Source: a virus
Length of the DNA stretch: 64,000 nt
Direction: 5' to 3' (one strand)
IMG/VR virus record: IMGVR_UViG_3300030451_006341
Span: 32,001 to 96,000 of that record
Shown: piece after piece, positions 11,901 through 24,000 of the stretch
How positions within the stretch are numbered: the stretch's first letter is position 1
Layout of the letters: every line of letters starts with the position of its first letter
Position numbers and translations under genes: made by a program
Notes under the pieces: generated by a model
The model's input: only the letters and a program-made list of their open reading frames with translations
Told to the model about the DNA's origin: nothing
The model's database searches: none

Positions 11901-13957
11901 ACTCCATCGAATCCCTGGCCGCCAAGACGAACAGTAACCCTATCAACCTCATCATTGTCACCATAAGGATTTGTTTCTATCTCACCTTTATGCTTTAATA
12001 CTGCTGCTGGGTACCAGTAACTTTTATTATCACCCGTGTATACTAAATCTGTAGCAGCAATGCTGGTTAAATCATCAATTAATTGTTGAAAAGCAACTAC
12101 TCCTGAAGGTACAGAACCGTAAGTTCTGAAAGTCCTGTCACCAACGTAGCTTTCTGCTAATGCTGCCGCAAGTTGCTCGATATATGAATCGTGGCTGCTG
12201 GTCCATCCTGTTGTTCTTGAATCTCTGAAAGAAGTTCCAACGGCTTCTGTAGCGCCTTCTGCGCGGAATCCAGATTGCACTACATATTTGGCAATTACCT
12301 CACGACAGGCAGCCGCGGCTGCAACTGAATCAGTCCAGTCCGCAGAAAGATTAAAATCATAAAACTCAGATGCACTAATACCAAAAGTGGACAATAATTC
12401 AGCTAAATCATCCCCAACTGGGTATTTTTCTATTTTGTTTGGATCCGTAAAGCAGTGATATGCAGCTGGTAAGTGTTTGTCGTCTGACGCATTAGCAATC
12501 ACATAATTATTATTTTTATCTGGCAAACGAAACATAAGAGAACCTGCCGCAGTTGAAAATATATCAAGTTCTACTGGGTATGTAAATGAAGTCTTAGAAA
12601 TTAAATCTACAACAATTCTGTTTAAATTAACTGATTTGACAACTTGAGTTCCTCTTTTAACAGCATTATTTGTATTATACAGTGCTAATTGAAATCTTTC
12701 ATAAAAAGCGCCTGTGGCAGTTGTAGTGCTTATTTGTGGAAAAGTTTTTTCATAAAGTCTTAGTTTTGGCAATAAATCAATTTTTTGCGAGCTTCTGAAC
12801 AAAATTATTTTTAAATTGTCAATTGCGTCCCTAAGTGTTGATACTTCAGATGTATCAACACCAGGATATCCTGTAGAGATATCATAAGACATAGGTACTG
12901 ATGAGTCGGCAGAATTTAAGGCGGCTTCGGCGCCGTTTATTAAATTATTAAAAACATCAATAACATCTTCTCTCTTAATACCTTCATCAGTATAGTATAA
13001 AGAATCAATTGCTTGTAAAATATCGCCTGGGGAGTAAATTTCTCCAGAATCTACTAATTTAAAAACAGGTCTTGCTACTGATTCTAAGGAGCCATTATTT
13101 GAAACGGTTTCGTATGTAACATCTGAAATCTGTTTTGTATAAAACTCTTTCATTGTTTTATTTGTATAAGCTCTATCTGGACATGAGCTAGGGTCAAAAC
13201 ACGCATAATTGGTGTAAAAGTCTGTTTCTAAATCTAATGATGTAGTAAACGATAACATATGAAATTTTGCAAAATCTAACATTGCTTCCACGTATAGATA
13301 ATTTCCACCAGAAATCTCCGCTGATGGATCATATACGTCATAATCATCATTTGCTATCGAAAACGTTTGTTTTAATCTGCATCTTATAATTTCGTTTCCA
13401 AAATTATCATATAATACATCATAGCCTTCAAAAGCATCGTCTGCTAATGTATAAAATAAGGCGTCAAAATCAGTTTCCGTTTTAGGTACATAAATACGAT
13501 TTGTTCCATCTATATGGCTGAAAGAATGAAACCCGCTTGTTGTTTCATTGCGAACTTGTGACAGATTACAAAATCTCATAATTTCAAAAATATTGCTTGA
13601 GTCTTGTTTTAATACATTTTCTATATCTAATCCATTGCCATTGCCGTCATAATTAAAAATATTATTAAAATTTTCTACACCCTCTTCAGTTAAACTATAA
13701 TCGTCAGTGACGCCTATAATTCCAGGAATGTACGGTGTAACAGAATCAGGTATTAAAATATTAACAAGATACAATTCAGAAAGTGTATCTCTGACATAAT
13801 CTATGAATGAATCTTCTGTAGTGTTTTCAGGTTTCAAAAAATAACATGAAGACATAACAGTAACTTCTGTTGTCATTACTTGTATTTCATCCATATATGC
13901 AGTTGGTAAATTTTTACCAAACTTTGCTACTTTATTTCCGTTTATGTTTATAGACAT
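8987..13957 (-). CDS. Large acidic hypothetical protein, probably virion-associated
   Basis: 1656-aa ORF overlapping the upstream gene by 10 nt; structural context. Confidence 0.55.
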   Translation of the reverse strand: MSININGNKVAKFGKNLPTAYMDEIQVMTTEVTVMSSCYFLKPENTTEDSFIDYVRDTLSELYLVNILIPDSVTPYIPGIIGVTDDYSLTEEGVENFNNIFNYDGNGNGLDIENVLKQDSSNIFEIMRFCNLSQVRNETTSGFHSFSHIDGTNRIYVPKTETDFDALFYTLADDAFEGYDVLYDNFGNEIIRCRLKQTFSIANDDYDVYDPSAEISGGNYLYVEAMLDFAKFHMLSFTTSLDLETDFYTNYACFDPSSCPDRAYTNKTMKEFYTKQISDVTYETVSNNGSLESVARPVFKLVDSGEIYSPGDILQAIDSLYYTDEGIKREDVIDVFNNLINGAEAALNSADSSVPMSYDISTGYPGVDTSEVSTLRDAIDNLKIILFRSSQKIDLLPKLRLYEKTFPQISTTTATGAFYERFQLALYNTNNAVKRGTQVVKSVNLNRIVVDLISKTSFTYPVELDIFSTAAGSLMFRLPDKNNNYVIANASDDKHLPAAYHCFTDPNKIEKYPVGDDLAELLSTFGISASEFYDFNLSADWTDSVAAAAACREVIAKYVVQSGFRAEGATEAVGTSFRDSRTTGWTSSHDSYIEQLAAALAESYVGDRTFRTYGSVPSGVVAFQQLIDDLTSIAATDLVYTGDNKSYWYPAAVLKHKGEIETNPYGDNDEVDRVTVRLGGQGFDGVLAKEEAGSIYNKLADALDDVVTEGSRGSASTSIKKVVVTLANKFSERASEAWENYYSIVGEVTTGNALVDPASSGPGSTGPVRRSQMYYALTNPNSILCVLYSLSIAIELFMKLEYATSAGSVAQITETNAYLGGYWWFDYEKALKQTSMASYAYKISNVENYFGPAIFSHTYKVTDASVRRYHQKRNSLRKLSKEFTPASGRVGVTPSDERLENVGRIQCVFNSDGTHVVSNHVVAEETSFLAFDPIVDFDSMGTSGIGGRSMQFNVTQYQPEYNVGTVTDPTDIGGLAALELGRDIIDQTGTQYTYLTNRAFQFPSAELSGYSNSADRFYATSDDTGYRLFCFEHQEVAGPYIETDLLTEVEFPYSFLQHQVMVEDKTGQVVAAIVKRFMDYYNENFKRYVDAAIEDCNYNSYDQKFNEFFITKIIADYEDDPTSAPWFQMCILYHMQIDMIFDVYGGNTALMFDEALRESEKIAPTNGTLTGLLAFDAKVRDLIETQFPGSSFGGIDSGTSIMQRMVLGGFSEFTNISELAGRVETRRFHNGNGDGSETTLQCEMFNQIPEPINFVNTISDGMPEGLDIMSDCVSQIWKFSRYLVSYYCVEGHIPDYTYSSAAGIVIFDGSLHRQYFAMYNYNSGALRTMLDSISSGADDYGGLSYSDVSSYLSGYYDATFYSAIIMGDGYHDSYNKILGTTVAKYIVERVIHHIEVEAIVYDAFLSTSEQIDMIHKHSLMTVQQATVSSDLMAESPGRYSPEGIALEYIISVKRKVQQDFGNIILKRYETASERSGMTVINKIRDVNAIDATREYSAVSADLIDAGVKDSGDLYLDYRTLCDNLVGVVLATYCIMAKRTQNYVSYGNNSTGFTFAEISTFTLDDGLSLKQHIFEDIVQNRNSFIQNVDEYGFTTVGGLPSNMAKVADIYPQRLKMFTGVYEFASGAATIQQGTDVLDLATDPDITSTGTTLTDIVS

Positions 13958-15012
13958 ATTTCAGGCTCCGTCACTGGTCCATAAATATCATAGTACGAAA
14001 TATCAATATCACTTTCTTCGCACTCAAAATCAATATCTATGTAATAACTATCTTTATTAAAAATTTCTATACCCTTGCAGGCAGCTTGCTTATCAACCAT
14101 ATGATCAGCTTGAATATTAAAATAATATTCTACGTTATTTGTAGTTGGTTCCACGTAAGGATTATCTAAATTATTTAAATAATTTTCAGTAATATTTGAA
14201 CCGTTAAGAGCTTTAAAGTCTTTTACAAAATCTTTACGATGTAATATATCTTCTAATCCTTCTTGTGAGCCTGTAATTTCAAAAATTTCTACTTCAAAGT
14301 TTTTATTCAAAAGTATAGTATTTAGTTCTTCGGCATAAATTACTAAATCATCTCTCTCTAAACTTAGATATCGCTCGTCGTCAAGAATTATTAAATTTGC
14401 AAAATCGTTTTCAATATTAAACAGATCAGGACGGGTAAATTCCAATTCTTTTGTTGAACCAATTTTTAAATTATAATTTAATTCTATGTTAATTTGAGGA
14501 ATTTGTATATCAAATTTAGTCCCAAGTGTGCCTGAAGGTATGTTATTTTGTGAACTTGATATTTGACCTTGTAAAGTTACCACCTTCCAAGCAGGAATAT
14601 TTTGTGTGTCACCTTCTAGAAAAGCATCACCAATCATTTGTTCAAATCTGAAAATATCTTTTCTTGGAATATTTTTAGTTGGTGTTTGTATATTATAAAA
14701 TGTTATTTCTCTATCTGAATATCCATCGGATTCCGTATATTCATAACCAGTGTCATCGTGTGTTGGTTCAGTAACTTTTTCTATTTCTTCAAACAGTATT
14801 TGGCCTTCGAGATATTGGGTTTCATTTTTAATCCGATTAATAATGTTATTTTGTGTTTCAACAATATTAATATATGAGCCGTCGTATATAATATTATCAT
14901 CAAAAAAAGCATAGTATATTGGTCTTAACGTGCCTTGTGACAGCATATGTTTACCGTATGATGTAAGCTTAAAATCATACACTTGTTGTTTTTTGTCTAA
15001 AAACTTACCCAT
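13948..15012 (-). CDS. Virion structural protein, distant paralog of 2243-3256 and 3318-4334
   Basis: 354 aa; N-terminal DFKLTSYGKHMLSQG..YYAFFDDNIIYD matches the D-x-x-LT-x-x-G...F/ADD-x-I-x-Y pattern; TAATG coupling with the upstream gene. Confidence 0.6.
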   Translation of the reverse strand: MGKFLDKKQQVYDFKLTSYGKHMLSQGTLRPIYYAFFDDNIIYDGSYINIVETQNNIINRIKNETQYLEGQILFEEIEKVTEPTHDDTGYEYTESDGYSDREITFYNIQTPTKNIPRKDIFRFEQMIGDAFLEGDTQNIPAWKVVTLQGQISSSQNNIPSGTLGTKFDIQIPQINIELNYNLKIGSTKELEFTRPDLFNIENDFANLIILDDERYLSLERDDLVIYAEELNTILLNKNFEVEIFEITGSQEGLEDILHRKDFVKDFKALNGSNITENYLNNLDNPYVEPTTNNVEYYFNIQADHMVDKQAACKGIEIFNKDSYYIDIDFECEESDIDISYYDIYGPVTEPEICL

Positions 15013-18000
15013 TAATATTGGCCTCCTGTTCCTTGACCACCACCAGTTTGTCCTGTGTTGCCGCCAGTTTGTCCTGTGTTGCCGCCAGTTTGTCCTGTAT
15101 TGGGGCCGCGGCGCCTAGTTGTATCCGCATATCGTGTTCGAACTTGATTATCTGCATCACTAGAGCGGGCAAATTGTTGTCTATCATTTGCAAATTGTTG
15201 TGCCATAGTTTGTTCTTGGTTTTGTTGCTCAGGATTTGAATATTTAATATCGACATTTAATTTAATCATTTCAACAAATGACATATAGTCGTATGGCCAA
15301 TTATGTCTAAGTTTATAATTAGAATCATTTCCTTCTTGTAAATTAAACTGAGACTGGTTCATGTTATCGTTATTATAGCTAGGCGTCTTAGTACTTCCTT
15401 TAGCCTGCTCGTCCACATAATCCCAGTAATCTTCTTGTCCTTTTTGTTTAACTTTAAAAATCATCCATCTTAAATGTTCGTTATTTTCTAGAATTCTTTC
15501 AGATAATATTTCATTGTCAGCTAATACGTGAGCAACAGATTCATGTTGATATGAAATTTTTTCATAATCTCTAGGTGCTAAGTTTTGCCAAATATACGAT
15601 AAGTCGTCACGATCAAGTTCATATTTAAACTCGAATATATACATAACAAATGGATCAACTGCTGAGTCGGGATTATTAATAAAATCAAACTGTGGTGGTA
15701 AAATGTATCTTTGCATTTTTTGTAGCTGTTTGCTAATGCTAGGTCCTGCTGCCACAAATGAGTCACCTGCTGCTGAATTAATTGCTTCTTTTTTAGCTGC
15801 ATCATATCTTTCTTTTGGAATTGATATAAACCTTTTATTTACAGAAGAACGCACACTTGGGGTATTGCCAGTTTGAGATGTACTTTCAATTATATATGGA
15901 ATTGCTACAATAGCCTCCCGCACGACTGTTTTAGTCTTAAGTTGCCCCAATTTAATTTTTTCGCTTTTGTTAAAGCCAACTAAATCTGCTAGTGATTTAA
16001 CTTTCTTATTGAGTGCCAATGAATTACCGATTGTGGGGCCTGGATTCTGGCCAGAATATGGGACACCCGCATTATACGAAGACGAATACTCTAAAACCTC
16101 GTAATGATAGCGAAGCCAAGGTCTTGGAATATCCTCAATTGACAAAAATATACCTTCTTTTTGTTTTGGTAGTCTTCCAAATTGATGCCATATTCCCTTG
16201 GCGACCTGTTCACCACCAAATGAGCTTGGATATGTTATTTGAGAGCCAGTAATATCAGCAAAGTTCATCATTGGAGTTTCGAATTTAGGTCTAATTACCC
16301 AGCGTTGGCCAACAGATTGACCTGGCCTTTCAGATTGCAAATTACCAAACTGATCAGTTTCAGTAAACGGAACCTTTTCAATCCCAAAAATATTTAAAGA
16401 TGCACTTAATTGCATACTGGCATCATTGATACTTTTTCCACTGTATGGTGCTATCGGACCATTGTTAGGGTTTAGTCTTTCAAATATAAGTGCTCTAGTT
16501 TGACGACCATCTTCCTGGCCATTAACATCTGGAATTCGCCCTGGATCAAATCTTCTGAATACTGTTTGTGTTTCGGAAATAATATCTTCAATTTTATATT
16601 CTTTATCTGCTCTTGGTCTAAAAATCAAATCGCACCAAGCTTCGCCATTATAATAAGGAGGCGTATATGCTGGGTTAAATCCAGAAAACGAATCCATTGA
16701 ACCACTGTAGGTAGCTGAAGAACTAAGAAGATCTTCACTTGTGCTAGGATTACCGCCTTGACCCGTATATGGCCTTCCTGCTAAATTTGGACCAAAAGCG
16801 GACGGTCTACTATACATTGTAAAAGTTTCTCTAAATGGTGTACCGACTTGACCTGTAGCACTAGTTCCCGAATTAGCATAGCGCGGATCTTGTGGTATAG
16901 GGAAAAAGCCTCCCGAAATAAAATCATCTGCAGGTTGAAACGGTCTTCCACCATTTGGTGTAAAAGAACTTGAAACCCCAGAACCGCTAAAACTTAAGCC
17001 AAAGCCATCAATTTCATGTGCATATGTTCTAAGGCCCTCAGTTGAACGGTTCATTTTAAGCCTCATCATGTAAACTTCTGAGCCATCAAACACAAACGAA
17101 TCAGTTTTTACACTTGATTTTAAACTAGCAAATTTTGAATTTTTAAGGAAGAACGATGGGACAGCGCCGAAAAAGTTTCTTGCCATTTGTGGATACACTG
17201 AATCGTCGACGTTGACTGTAAAAGAAGCTGTAACGTTATCACTTAAACGTGTCCTTGGGTTTGCTTCCATATCATAAAATGCTTTCCCACCCAAGTGCTT
17301 TACAGGCTCAAGCAGTGTTTCAAAAGGTAATCTTTCGTCAAAGAAGGAAGAAGTGTTTGTTAATATATCTTTAACAGGAATGCCAGGTCTAAAAGTTACT
17401 GCCCATGCTGATGATGATGCATTAGCGCCATAAGCTGGATTAGATGAATATGCATCTGCGTTAAAGTTTTGACGTGAAAATTTCTCTGGATATGTTATGA
17501 TAGGAAAATCTACAGCCATGCCTGATTTAATAGTATTGTAAAGAATCCCAGGAGAAAAAATGGTTTGTGCTAGCGGCCTATAAATGCTTGAAATAGCAGA
17601 TCCTGTTGCTGGATTAAAACCTTCGCCGCCCGCTAAAGGACCTTCAGAGCTTGTACCTGCTGAAAACGGAACGCCGTTAAAAATACCACCAAAGTTTTCT
17701 TGATACGAATCTTTAAATTGTTCCACTAAGTTAACTGTTCTTTGTGCAGGGTAAAAACCTTTGTATGGATTAAATCTAATCGCACCAGTACATGTCAACC
17801 TAATTTCTGTAGCGTTTAATAAACTTTCTCGTTTTATTTTTAGAAAATCTTTTAAAAATTCAGAGTTTGAATAACTAATATAAAAAGAGCCATCATTTTT
17901 TGTATCAGCCCCAGGAACATGTGGGATTTCAAGCTCTAGCTCTTGAAAGGGGTTATCTTTTTCATTGTCACGAATATATTTGGTTACGTTTTCACTAATT

Positions 18001-21000
18001 CTATATTCAGGAATTACTGAAAATCCTTTTGCCATTAATTTCAAATCAAAATTATAATCGTCGTAGTCATTAAACCATGGTTTTGACGGTCTTGAAATGA
18101 ACTCTAATTCACCTGCTGCATTTTTTTGATAATATCCTGCATTTGCTGCAGCATCCCAGTTTGCCGCTCCACCGCCTAATGAAGCGCTTCCTAAAATGTT
18201 TGATGCGTTAAATGCGCTAGACATTTCGGTTGGTAAAATATTACTTGAACTTTGATAAGCATAATGAGATCTGACCCCGTATGGAGAAACAATTGATGTT
18301 GGAATTTCACAATCATGTGGACGTGCTAACAATGGGGCAGTTGTTCTGTATATTTGTCCTTGCAGCAACAATTCTGAAATGTCTGCGTACTCATCCAAGT
18401 CCAAGTTTAGATAGTAGCTATATTCATTTTGTAATTGCCCAGCAGATGAACTATTAAAAACAGCTTCTGCGTTGTTTTGAGTATCAACAAAACCAGTGTT
18501 TCTGTCAACAAAATTAGTTGGCCCATCTAATGTCCATGCACTTTGTGAGCAGTAATATCCTAAAGCATTTGTAGAAACATAAGCACCTAATGGTGCACCA
18601 GTTATTTCATTTGCACCTGGTGTATTTAATGTGGCATTAATTTCATTTCTTTCTTGTCTGTTGTCTCTCCAAAACCTATTATTGTAGGTTGGCTTACTGT
18701 AGCATCTATTTATAAACTCATTTCTTATCGCGGGAAACAATTGTTGTGTTTGTATAATCCAATTTAGTTTATGATCTATGGAACTACCAACACTAACAAC
18801 GTTTTCAAATGGTGTAGCAAACGATAAAGCACTTGGAGACAAAACATTGTTCATTGTGAGAGTGTTAAAATATATATTTTCATTTTCATGAGTTGCTTTT
18901 ACAACATAAATGTTTCGATTTATATCTTCAAAATTAACAATATTTGGCATCCCTCTGTTAGAAACAGGTGGCATTTCATAAGTTACCAAATTATCAGGAT
19001 TGCCATCCTTATCAACAATAGTTAAGGTATTGGTAGCTCTTTGGTTTCTAATAATTGGGTTATCTGCCTGTCTTAACTGTTTCCAGGATGGGTAACCATA
19101 TTGATAACCTCTCTTGAACATAAGATTATTAAATATTAAGGGCTCGGATGCGGTGCTAGGTTCAACTTCTATTAATCCTCCAGGATAATTAATATAACTT
19201 GTTAGCGCTGCGCCATCATACCCTAATGTGCTCGTTGAAGCTGTAAAGGGTTCGTTAATGTTTAAGTTTAAATCTCTAACTTGCGGCAAAAATCCAGATG
19301 TTGCAAAATTAAAATCACCAAACCTTCTTCCAGCGGATGTTGGTATTGCAGAACCAGCTTCACTTGCGCTTAAAAAGTCATATACAGGTATGTATTCGTT
19401 TCCAGTGCGACCAAGTACTGATACCTTTGTTAAGAAATCTTTGGGTGCATAACCGACCCAATTATTGTCATCAACTATTGATGCTGTAATCCACGCATAC
19501 TGCTTAGAACTTCTTGGAATTTGATGTTGTACATAATAGTTATCATAAACTTTGTCATCTGAGTATCCTGTTATAATTTCATATGTATATTGAGCAGCCG
19601 TGTTGCCAGTTAGATAGTTTAATGATGATGTTCCTATTGCTAAATTATTTCCAGATTCTGCTGTGAGATAAGCAAATGAAAGCTCTTCTGATCCTGCGCC
19701 GCTATCTAAAGCAGGTGCTACGTTTGCTACTCTTGCGTTTGTAGAGTCTATTGCGGCAGCCGAGCCTGAGCCTGCGGTAATGTCTTCAGGTGCATCGCCC
19801 ATTCGAAACCAAGCTAATAGTGAACCTGTGGCTGGGGCACCTGAAGCTGTTAAATTTAGTGGACGTCCAGAATTATATAACGTTGTCACTTCGGTGCTTG
19901 AAAGTGTTTTCTTGTATAATGAAGTTTCATCCGCAAATCCATTAAACTCGCGTTTTTGTGCAGCACCGCTTCCAGTTGAATTTATTGAACCAAAAAATGC
20001 AACAGGTTTAGCAAAAGTGTCTGCATATCCTCTGAATCCTACAAAATCAGAACTAGTTTGAAAAAGTTCTTGATTTGGCTTGGCCGTTCCGTTACTAATT
20101 ATTGTTTCAGTTCCATCTACAAATAGTTTAACTATAATGCCATCTGTATTTAATCTGCCGTGTGAGCCTGAGAAAGTAAATACAAAATGATGCCAATTGC
20201 CATCATCAATTACAGGTAAATCATTGACGCTTTGTAAATATTGCCTTGTACTACTTACACCCGCTCCGTCTGTAGATGCAAAATAAAATTGAGCCTGGCG
20301 ATTATCAGGTCTAATATAAAGTCTTTGAAGAGGCTTATTTAAAACTGTGTTATAGCCAAAATCAAAAATAGCTTGCATTACATTAAGTTGCCCAACAAAT
20401 TTAATCCATGAAGAAAAACTATAATTAACTGCCTTATCAGAACCTCCATAGGTTTCTGCCCAGGCTGCATCGAAAATTCTTTGCGATCTAGGTGAAGCAT
20501 CATCAATTGTTTTACCTAAATACATGATATTATCATCAATAGAACTATGGTTTAGTTTTTGCCAAAAAAGAGCTTTTTCATTTAAAAGTGTAGGCGCACC
20601 ACCTGGAATGTCTCTTCTTTCTTCGCCATATACAATTTTATTTCTGCGTAAATTATTTCTGTGAACCTTATGATATCCTGGTAACTCATCATAGGTGGCT
20701 CCTGTTTGATCAACAGGTACATGGAGCGAGTCTCGACCAAATCTACCTGTGTGACGTGCAAGGTGCGAATAAAGGCCATAGTCTTCGCCATGAATATCAA
20801 ATACTTGAATATTTGTAGTATCACCATTAACAGCTGGCGTAGAAAGTGTACCTGATGGTCCTTGAGATGGCCGAAGCACTGATAGATTGCGATAACTTAT
20901 AGAGTTGTATACCGAAAACTCACTTGATTTAAAATCTTGATAGCCGCGGGACATAACTTCAATGCCGCCAGGACTAGAAAATCTAGATATTATAACAGAT

Positions 21001-24000
21001 TTATTTGAAGAGCCGCTTAAATACGCAGTAGAATACTCTGATACATTTTGAGAATGCTCGTTTTTTGTTCTATGAATATCTAAAAAGCTTCTTATGGAAG
21101 TAGCTGATTTTGCTTGTTCATTAAAAGCTTCAGGAGGAAGACTAGGTTGATTGTCAACAAATCTTCTGGGATTTTCAAATGCACCAACAGTTTGTATGTA
21201 TTCATACGTATCAGTATAATTTCCAAGTGCTTTTATGCCTGGTCTAATTTTAATATTCTTAATGTTGACAGGACGTTTAGCAACCATGTCCCTATAGTAA
21301 ACAGCTTTTCTATATGGCTTATATGGATACGCATCGGGCCCACAGACATGTGAAACATCAATTGGGTAGTCTGGGCCTACCAAGCCAATAGACCCAGATG
21401 GTATTGTTTCAGTGCACGTTCCAACAACTATTCGCCATGCTTCTGGTCTTGTAAAATTACTATCAGTACCAGTATTAAGTTTAACATGTCTAGATTGATG
21501 ACCACCAACATTTTCATCTGTAAACGGACCTTGTATTGGTCTTTCTAAATCATTACCGTAAACATCATTATGTAAATTTGTGATTTGTAAGCTTGCACCT
21601 GTTAACCTGTTGTTTAGTAACACTTGGTGGCCAGATGTCACTGTTGTTTCATAAATACTAAATGGAAATGCTAAAGAAGATTTGAGGTTGTAATAACCTA
21701 ATCCTTCATCATATTCACGACCGCTTAAAACTTTAAAATGTCTTTTGGTTTTAACAGTTTCTGGTTTTGGATCATTATTGGTTTTGATTGCAGTTAGGTC
21801 GCTCACAAACGCAAGCAAAACATTTAAAGGAACAAACCTAGTGCCACAATCAGTATTTATTGGTCCTTGTGGGGCAACAGACGAATAAGCAAAATGTATA
21901 TTTTTGTTATTATCAAAATTTGATCCGCCTTTATAAATTTTAGTTTTATTAACTTTGTATGCTCTTGTTTTTATAAAAACCCTTCTGCTATATAAATCAG
22001 GAGTATATGTTGACCCTGCTCCAAATAAAACGCCTTCAAATCTACTTAAGTGTGGATTAGATACAATAATTTTTCGATATATTTCTCTGTGTGAATCAAT
22101 TGTAGAATCGCCCGATGTAATTTCAATAGCGCTTCTCTCTGCACGATCTTTCCAATACTTTGCTCTTATTGTTGTATCACGAGGCGATTGTGGTAAAGAT
22201 GAGAAACCAACTGCATAAGGATATGATTTTTCAGTAACTCCATACATTACACCGTCTGGTGTTGGATCTTTTGTTTCAATTGTTGGGAATCTTGTTTGAT
22301 ATTTATTTCTTTCTAAGACATGGCTTTCAATTACGTTCATAACTCTATCTAAGCCATCACCAGAGGCAGGCAAGAGTTGTTTTACTATTGTTGTAATTGC
22401 ATCATCAAACCATTTATAATATTCAAAATATTTTTCTGCTTCTGTAACAGTTCCGACTTTTTGAAAAAATATATCTTGTAATTTTTCCATGTCTTTGTAT
22501 CTTTCTCGATACCTATTTACTGGTGTTCCTATTAAGTTGTTGAAATCAAGGACGCCAGCAAAAAATGTTAACATCTCAGAAGATACAGCTTCATAAATAT
22601 TCTTCTCTATTGTATACAAATAACTTGGTACAGTTTGATCAATGCCAATTACTTGATCATCTTCACTCAAAATATTAACCATATCAGTGCTAACGACTTG
22701 TTCTGGCTCAACTGTCACAAATGAATTTAATTTTCTTTTTTCAATAACTGATTCAGATGAAGCACCAAAGCCGTGACCATAACCACTATGTTGAAATCCA
22801 GAAATTTTTCCAAGCCAGCCATAATTATCTCTAATCAATGCCGAACCTGAGCTAGCATCTGAGACAACAAAATTTCCACTACTATCAGAACCAGTGACAT
22901 TATTAAAAGTCCAATCTAACGCTAAAGTACGTAAGTTTGTTAAGTCAAAGTTTTTACCTTCGTGCAGCGGAGAAATATTCTCGCTGGCATTTTTAATACC
23001 TGAATTTTCGCTACCATAATTGTGTGATAACAAATCTGAATTTTCAATGCTTTTTGCCCACGCACGACAATTCAAAATCACTACATCTGATTTGTTTATA
23101 AGTGAACCAGTAAGGTTTTCTTTTTGTGCACCAACATAAACTCTTTTGTGCTTTTCTAAAAAGCTTTCGGCAGTTGAATTAGAAATTGTTCCAGATATTT
23201 CAAATTGGTTAACTGTTGTCCCTAAAACATCATTAACGCCACGGAAAATAACTTTATAATTTTTGTCCGAATATGATGGTGCCTCATCATAAATTTTGTC
23301 TTCCCAATTAGGTTCAATTCTTACAGAAATATTCCATCTTGTATTATCATAAACAGTTGGGAAATCACTACTTGTTAAAGTTGGAATCGGGTAAGGACTA
23401 TTAGATGAAGTTAATTTAAAATAAACATTTTTTGAGTACTCTCTGTCTCTAACAGCAAACACTTGAAAGTTTGCAACATCAGATGCTAAAAACGTTGTAT
23501 CAACACCTGTTAAATTATCTGCGACTGATTCGTCTACACCATGAATACCAAAAAGTGATGAGGTTATAAAATTACGATTTATATTATCGTATCTTGTAAA
23601 ATAATTCGGGAACAAAACATCTGTTTCAAGCGTAAAACCATGAAGTTTTTCTTTTGAGTTTACAGCTGTTCCGAGTGAGCCAGAAATGTAACCAGAGGAA
23701 TCATTATTTGTGCTATCCTTTCTTTGGTAAACGTTAGCGCCAACATTTTCTGGTCTATTAAAATTAACACCATTTTTTTCAACAATTACTTGAGAGAAAT
23801 TGTTTTGTAATTCATATGTGGCGTTTACATTATAAGTTTTAAGTTTTAGCAGTTGATCATCTAAATAAAAGCATCTCATTACATTTTTGATTGCTTTTTC
23901 TGTTCCTTTAGACTTATAAATGTTTGTAAGATTATTATATAAATTTAAATAAATTGAATTTTTAATATTGTTCAAATCTGCTTGATGTAACGTAGTTTCA

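Noticed and set aside
15043-15102. 21-bp repeat as a mini CRISPR array, given the Cas4-like gene
   Set aside because: Units are directly adjacent with no spacers and are in frame within a CDS.
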